A DNA stretch of 64,000 nt. Origin: a virus. Taxonomy: Duplodnaviria > Caudoviricetes. Positions 57,408 to 64,000 of this stretch are shown here, piece by piece. Within the stretch, counting starts at the first letter, position 1. Every line of letters starts with the position of its first letter. Where the stretch lies: the IMG/VR virus record IMGVR_UViG_3300043423_000073, positions 64,001 through 128,000 of that record, one strand, 5' to 3'. The notes under the pieces are model-generated. The model did not search any database. It saw only the letters and a list, made by a program, of their open reading frames with translations, and was not told where the DNA came from. Both the position numbers and the translations under genes were made by a program.

Positions 57408-58406
57408 ATGAACAATCACTACGTAGTTGCTCGAATCCCTACCGAGACCGGCCCGAAGCTTACCTTTGGTAAGGTTGTTGCAAACGCAGCATCAACCTTC
57501 GATATTCGCGTCGAGCGCAACTGCCACATCAAGGCTACAACCGAAACAGTTGCCCGCTCCAACTTGGTGTTGGACTTGGGCCCAACACCTATGCCCGGTA
57601 AGGTTTACGGGTTCGACACCACATCCTTGTTCTATCGTGGCATGGACCACTATTACTTTGGCCCCATCCAATGGATGTACAAGCCAAAGAAGGCGGTAGG
57701 TGAAGCGCTGGTGAAGGCGTTAGACCGAGCAGCGACTATCCTCACCAAGCGCGGCTTCAAAGACGCTCCTGGCAACACTCTCTGGGAAGTACACCCAAAG
57801 GAGGCGGCAGGTAAGTGGGCAGGCTGGTACAAGATGAGCAAGAACCCGGAGCGCGCACCCGACTTGCTGGCAATCAAGCCCGAGAGTCTTCTCGCACAAG
57901 ACAGTCTGCTCTACGTCATATTGCACGAGTACGCCCACCTGATTCACCTTCGTGGAGCAACCGGGGTCAAACTCAACGCTCGTTGGATTCGCCTGTTCAA
58001 CACATCAATCAGGCAGACCACCATTACCAAAGAAAAGTCGGCCGCCTTGTACGAACGCCTAATCGGCGGTCAGGAAAAGCCGTCCGAACTTAAGGGGCAG
58101 CTTGAGGAAGATGACAAGCTCGCCTACACTTGGATTCTGCGCGTTATCAAGGCCGATCATTCCATTAGCGTGTCAGAGCTTGACTGCCTGTTTGAGGCCG
58201 AAGAATTTGACGAGCTGAAAAGCATTTGGCCTAAACGCACACTCAACAAGCGGGAGCTAGCCCCCATCGTCAGCGAGTACGCCACCACCAATGTGAAAGA
58301 GCTTATTGCCGAGTCGATTGCCTTTCATCTTATGGGCAAAAAGCTGCCGCAGGGCATTGCCAACTTGGTTGAGAAAACGCTTTCTGTTGCAAAGGATCAG
58401 CTATGA
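57408..58406 (+). CDS. Zincin-like metallopeptidase domain protein
   Basis: ILHEYAH (HExxH) and distal SEYA...ELIAE. Confidence 0.7.
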   Translation: MNNHYVVARIPTETGPKLTFGKVVANAASTFDIRVERNCHIKATTETVARSNLVLDLGPTPMPGKVYGFDTTSLFYRGMDHYYFGPIQWMYKPKKAVGEALVKALDRAATILTKRGFKDAPGNTLWEVHPKEAAGKWAGWYKMSKNPERAPDLLAIKPESLLAQDSLLYVILHEYAHLIHLRGATGVKLNARWIRLFNTSIRQTTITKEKSAALYERLIGGQEKPSELKGQLEEDDKLAYTWILRVIKADHSISVSELDCLFEAEEFDELKSIWPKRTLNKRELAPIVSEYATTNVKELIAESIAFHLMGKKLPQGIANLVEKTLSVAKDQL

Positions 58407-58816
58407 AACTTGACGCCTTGGTTAGGTCCTCGTTGCCTAACCGCAAACTTAACGCCAGTTTGGTCAAGGTTGTTGGGTATAAGACAGGGCGAGACAAACA
58501 AGGCTTAGCCGTCGCAATGTCAAAGACCTACACGGTCAGCGAGTTCAATCTCATGCGCCGAGTTGTCCCTGCGAAAGACCGAAACAAGTACGTTAGCGCA
58601 ATTCGTTTCCTTGACAAACGTCTTAACGTCCATGTTGCGTGCTCCTGCCCTGACTTCATGTTCCGTTGGGAAGTCGCGTTAGCCAAGGTGGGCGCGGCTG
58701 TCATTCACTACTCAAACGGCCAGCCTCCGACAGAGACCAACAGCGACAATCGACCCGGCCTATGCAAGCACCTGCTCGCCTTGCGGGCTATCGTGAAGAA
58801 GAAGCATGGTATATGA
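58403..58816 (+). CDS. SWIM zinc-finger protein
   Basis: CSCPDF...CKH. Confidence 0.75.
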   Translation: MKLDALVRSSLPNRKLNASLVKVVGYKTGRDKQGLAVAMSKTYTVSEFNLMRRVVPAKDRNKYVSAIRFLDKRLNVHVACSCPDFMFRWEVALAKVGAAVIHYSNGQPPTETNSDNRPGLCKHLLALRAIVKKKHGI

Positions 58817-59757
58817 GCTACGAGCACAGTGAGGTTTTTGCTTCCTTAAAGGTGGTCAAGGAGGAAGTCAAAGTAAACCTAACCACCGCCCAATGGCTGC
58901 AAACCCTTGACTTCTTTATTGAGTCCGCCCTTGACCCTATTGTTACGGCCTGGCCGGCCTTCCTCGATAGCTTCTTTGCAAAAGTCGTCGCATGGCAAGT
59001 CACCCGACCCTCAATAAAGTTCTCTCGCATAGAGAAGGCTGACCTTGCTGTTCACTTCTTTAACGCCGTCACTACCGACGGCCGGACCAAGCGTTTGCAT
59101 CAGAAGAAGATGCTGCTTAACCGCGGCGTCCTACTTGGCTGCGTACGCCTCTTCCTACAAACTGTAAATGACTACAAACAGGTAGTGTCCTGCTCGACTA
59201 AGCTTAGCCGTGTTGACAGGGACGCCTACGTGTATCAGTTTCACGAGAGAACAGGATGCAGCCAGCACCTATACTCCGCGATACGACAGTCAGAGTTTTA
59301 CGAGGAGAAGGCCACCCACTTCAAATCACTCATTGTGCAAAAGTACATTCGACTCGCCCTCACCAACGCGCAACGAGCGTACAAGATGGTCGAGTTTCGA
59401 GAAAGGCTGGACGACATTATTCAGATATACCTTGGCTACATGAGCAGGGCAATCGACAGATGTGACACGCGGCAAGGTGTTCTGACCACCTTCATTCAGT
59501 CCTGGTTCCACAGTGCGCGGTGCGAGGTTATTCGCAAAGTAGGTGAGACAATGAACTCATCCTACGACGAGCTAAGCGACGCCCACAACCCTAACGCAGG
59601 TCACACGGATCCTGATGCTACCGCAGAGACAATGCAGCATGTGGCCTACACGGCTAAGCTTTGCGACCCGCACGGTGTAGTCCGTCACCGTCTAGGTATA
59701 CCTGAGTTTTACAGCAAGAAAGAGATTGCTCAGTTGCAACTCTTTGTTAAGCACTAG
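58813..59757 (+). CDS. Phage sigma70-family factor (region 2-like)
   Basis: YIRLALTNAQR...LDDIIQ...MSRAIDRCDTRQGVLTTFIQSW aligns by eye with NLRLV..IAKK...DLIQEG..GL.KAVDKF...RGYKFSTYA.WW. Confidence 0.7.
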   Translation: MSYEHSEVFASLKVVKEEVKVNLTTAQWLQTLDFFIESALDPIVTAWPAFLDSFFAKVVAWQVTRPSIKFSRIEKADLAVHFFNAVTTDGRTKRLHQKKMLLNRGVLLGCVRLFLQTVNDYKQVVSCSTKLSRVDRDAYVYQFHERTGCSQHLYSAIRQSEFYEEKATHFKSLIVQKYIRLALTNAQRAYKMVEFRERLDDIIQIYLGYMSRAIDRCDTRQGVLTTFIQSWFHSARCEVIRKVGETMNSSYDELSDAHNPNAGHTDPDATAETMQHVAYTAKLCDPHGVVRHRLGIPEFYSKKEIAQLQLFVKH

Positions 59758-59832
59758 CAGTTCTCATTTCCAATTCAACATTCCCAGTCAACCCCACCCA
59801 ACCCAACCCCAACCAAGAGAGCAAAAACTATC

Positions 59833-61197
<1,365 letters not shown>

Positions 61198-61217
61198 CGC
61201 AGTCGTTACCATATAAG

Positions 61218-61250
61218 GGGAGGGTGGGCTAGCCCACCCTCCCCTTTCTG
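61218..61250 (+). terminator. Terminator with a palindromic GC stem
   Basis: gggagggtgggctagcccaccctccc followed by a T-rich run. Confidence 0.75.
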
Positions 61251-61276
61251 TTTCTGTCTCAAACCAACTTTACATC

Positions 61277-62896
61277 ATGGCAAAAAAACCCACACCAGCA
61301 CCCACAGAAGCGCCGGCTAAAAAGACTAACAAAAAAGCGCCTACCGCAGCTAAGGAAGCCTTGCCTACCTTAGACGTTCAATCCCTTTTCTCTGCCTCCT
61401 TAGACGAAATCTCTAAACGTCAGGGCTTTGAGGCGTCAAGTCTTGACGTGGCTCCGCCTATCTCTTCCGGCATGTTGGCCGTAGATATGATTCTCGGCGG
61501 CGGCATTCGCCCCTGCATGATGACCGGCGTTGCACAAGAGCAGGCAGGAAAAACTACGCTCGCCTTAACCACGATGGGTTCTGCTATCCGTGCGAATGTG
61601 CCAATTATCGCCTTCGCAGACTATGAGGGCTGCTTCACGGCAGACACGCTTCTCGGTTACGGCAAAGGCAAGCACGCACGCCTTGACGAGTTGTTTGACC
61701 TGTCCTCTGCCGCCGAATGGAAACCTGGGACTTGGGTAGGTCAGGTTCGGCACGATATTGACACGGTCGAACCCGGACACGCCTACGGTGGAACAGGTGT
61801 GCGGCAAGGTGAGCTTTTCTATCGAGGGATTAAACCCACAACAACCGTCACACTTTCTACTGGCCACCAATTGACCGGCTACAGACACCCGATGTTTGTA
61901 TTCCGCAAAGGTCGTGTGGCTGTGCTTCCTCACGAAGAACTGCAGATTGGCGACCAGGTTTTGGTAGGCCGCCAGTCTCGCGCCCACCCGTTGCGTGTCG
62001 CCGGCGCATTGCGCACTTTCGAGCTTCTGCCTCCCCCACGCTCAGGTGAGAACGCTATCCCCTTTACCCCTACTTTCGAGCTTCTTGTCGACTACGACCT
62101 GTCCTCAGTAACTTCCGTTCTTCTCACTGGGCTTACTGCACCTGTGTTCGACGTGTCCTTGGCCGGTGTTAGCGGAGACATCCTACCTCACTCTATCATC
62201 ACCAACGGCATCGTTACCCACAACTCTACGAAGAACTCAAAGCCCTACGTTCACTCAATTCTGAAAGGCATGGGCGTTAACCTCACCATGGACGAGGTCT
62301 TTGGCAAGAAGTCTAAGGACGGTAAGTGGGAGATTGCACCTCGTGTTCGCTATCGCGCAGAGTCAATTCTCGAACGCTTCTACGATTGGCTGTCTGAGAT
62401 TCTTCGCGAACTCCCAGACAAGCTGTATGTAGAGGAGAAGTGGTGGCTGCGATTCGAGGACAACAAGAAGAACAAGGCCAAGGTTGCTGACTTTGTCGAC
62501 GCGGGTATGACCCGCAAATACGGCAACGGTCTTTGGGTACCTGCCCCTGACGACAAGATACAGGCGCTTATCATTGTTGACAGCTACACGGCTATGCAGC
62601 CTGAGGTGAAAGACGAGGAGAGCATCAGCAACCAGCTGTCAGTGAAGGCCTCGGCGTTCTCAAAGCAGCTTGAGCGTGTTAAAGGCCGCATGGCGCAGAA
62701 AATGGTCACAGTCTACGGTCTTAACCATCTGCGCGATAATCCGATGGCTATGTACGGACCTAAGGAAACTGAGAAGGGAGGCAAGGCTTTGCAACAGTTC
62801 TGTTTTGCAGCCCCCACCCTCCTTATTACCTCGCAGGGAATGCTACGCGCCTCGGAAATGGGAGCACTGTATGCCGAAAACGGGACTAACGAGTAA
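61277..62896 (+). CDS. recA: RecA/UvsX recombinase, N-terminal part, intein-containing
   Basis: SSG..AVD.ILGGG, EQAGKTT, DYEG, IIVDS, NHLR, GGKAL; ends inside a second intein N-fragment. Confidence 0.9.
   Translation: MAKKPTPAPTEAPAKKTNKKAPTAAKEALPTLDVQSLFSASLDEISKRQGFEASSLDVAPPISSGMLAVDMILGGGIRPCMMTGVAQEQAGKTTLALTTMGSAIRANVPIIAFADYEGCFTADTLLGYGKGKHARLDELFDLSSAAEWKPGTWVGQVRHDIDTVEPGHAYGGTGVRQGELFYRGIKPTTTVTLSTGHQLTGYRHPMFVFRKGRVAVLPHEELQIGDQVLVGRQSRAHPLRVAGALRTFELLPPPRSGENAIPFTPTFELLVDYDLSSVTSVLLTGLTAPVFDVSLAGVSGDILPHSIITNGIVTHNSTKNSKPYVHSILKGMGVNLTMDEVFGKKSKDGKWEIAPRVRYRAESILERFYDWLSEILRELPDKLYVEEKWWLRFEDNKKNKAKVADFVDAGMTRKYGNGLWVPAPDDKIQALIIVDSYTAMQPEVKDEESISNQLSVKASAFSKQLERVKGRMAQKMVTVYGLNHLRDNPMAMYGPKETEKGGKALQQFCFAAPTLLITSQGMLRASEMGALYAENGTNE
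61631..62224 (+). mobile_element. Mini-intein (198 aa) in RecA
   Basis: G/CFTADT start, VFDV block F, IVTHN/S end; no endonuclease domain. Confidence 0.9.
62801..62896 (+). mobile_element. Split-intein N-fragment (31 aa)
   Basis: F/CFAAPTLLITSQGMLRASEM is an intein block A, followed by a stop. Confidence 0.75.
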
Positions 62897-64000
62897 GACC
62901 AAAGCCGGCCGGGCAGCTTTGTCTGCTCTCGCCAATGCGGCCAAGGCTAGCAAGGTTATCAGTCCTGAGGTGCGCGCCGCAAGAAGTGCTGCCCACAGTG
63001 AGCAATTGAGAAAGCGCCACGCCAACACCTCGCCGGAGCAAAAGGCAGCAACAGCCGAGAAGCGTAGGCGTTCTCTCCTAGCCTATTGGGCAAGTCGCAA
63101 AGGTAAGCCTGACCCTGAACGGTCCGCCAAGATTAGCGCAGCCCAGAAAAAGATACATGCGGGCCTTACTACGAAAGAGAGGGAGGCGCGCAGGAAGGTA
63201 CTCATTAAGGCAAACCGGCTGTCTAATCTCAAGCCTCACCGTAAGTTGAGTGCCAAAGAGATGGCGGTCGCTAATGAAAAGCGGGCAAAGAGCTGGACCC
63301 AAGATGCCAGACAAGCCCAGGCTGCTCGCTCTGTGCAGGTTGCAAACCTACGCTCGCCGGAGGATAAGGCGGTCATAACGTCCAAGCGGCTCGCCTCCTA
63401 CCTTGGTCGATCCGATGCCGACAAGGCAAAAACGTCGAAAAAGATTCGGCTGGCCTACAGCAGGCTAACGCTTGATGAGAAACAGGCGCTTCTTGCCTGG
63501 CGAAATGCAACCAAGCGTGCGCGCGGTACGTTTAACACTTCTCAGGCAGAGGAAGACGCGTATCAGCTACTCTGCGAATACTTTGAGGCCAGTCGCATCC
63601 ATAGGAACTTTAGGAGCCCTGTGTACCCATACGCCTGCGACTTTGTAGTTAATCTGGCGGCGGAGGGCAGGTCGCATATCAAAGACGCCTTGTTCATTGA
63701 GTGCAACTTTCATTGGACGCACGGTGGGGCGCCGTTTGACCCCACTGCTCTGCCGCATCGTCAGGCCTTGCGCCGCTGGCGTACCAAGGCCAAGACCAGC
63801 CCGTACTTTGCGACAGGCATAGGTGTTTGGACGGAACGAGATGTTGCAAAACGAGCATTGGCGCGGAAGAACAATCTGTCGTGGTTCGAGTTCTTTAACC
63901 TCGACGCGCTTGCCGACTTTCTAAAGCGTGCGCATAAGAGACCGAAGCTTGCCTACACCTACACGGACAACGAGCTTGCAAAGGCCGTTGACCGAGTAGC
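62871..64000 (+). CDS. Free-standing Vsr-like/PD-(D/E)xK endonuclease (runs off the window)
   Basis: Not in the ORF track. ATG 62871 has a GGAG site and the frame is open to the window end. Basic helical N-terminus, then SQAEE...YPYACDF...FIECNFHWTHG...WTERD..K...A..NNL. Confidence 0.75.
   Translation, partial: MPKTGLTSKTKAGRAALSALANAAKASKVISPEVRAARSAAHSEQLRKRHANTSPEQKAATAEKRRRSLLAYWASRKGKPDPERSAKISAAQKKIHAGLTTKEREARRKVLIKANRLSNLKPHRKLSAKEMAVANEKRAKSWTQDARQAQAARSVQVANLRSPEDKAVITSKRLASYLGRSDADKAKTSKKIRLAYSRLTLDEKQALLAWRNATKRARGTFNTSQAEEDAYQLLCEYFEASRIHRNFRSPVYPYACDFVVNLAAEGRSHIKDALFIECNFHWTHGGAPFDPTALPHRQALRRWRTKAKTSPYFATGIGVWTERDVAKRALARKNNLSWFEFFNLDALADFLKRAHKRPKLAYTYTDNELAKAVDRV

Overview
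This is a 64-kb segment of a large lytic dsDNA phage genome with no virion genes in view; the accessory ORFs and tmRNA tag hint weakly at a proteobacterial, possibly betaproteobacterial, host. Bases 1-12 kb (minus strand) hold a 7-deazaguanine pathway cluster (queD, queE, folE, a TGT/DpdA-like transglycosylase, a DpdL-like T-fold protein and a glycosyltransferase), primase, family-A polymerase and an SbcD-like nuclease. At the strand switch, an SF2 helicase-like gene and a GIY-YIG gene share a C-terminal domain and precede a nested inverted-repeat region that is a candidate origin. At 19.3-21.3 kb lies a non-coding RNA cluster: a ~115-nt stem RNA, a ~800-nt multi-helix RNA candidate, a ~120-nt CCA-ending element and a circularly permuted two-piece tmRNA. 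The rest (plus strand) has repeat-flanked modules of small genes, NAD ligase, type II topoisomerase, a tRNA(CAU), clamp loader, two sigma-like factors, an SSB-like protein and a RecA with one mini-intein plus an apparent split intein fractured by a free-standing endonuclease. Protein calls come from motif recognition by eye and RNA structures from manual pairing; no searches or folding were run.
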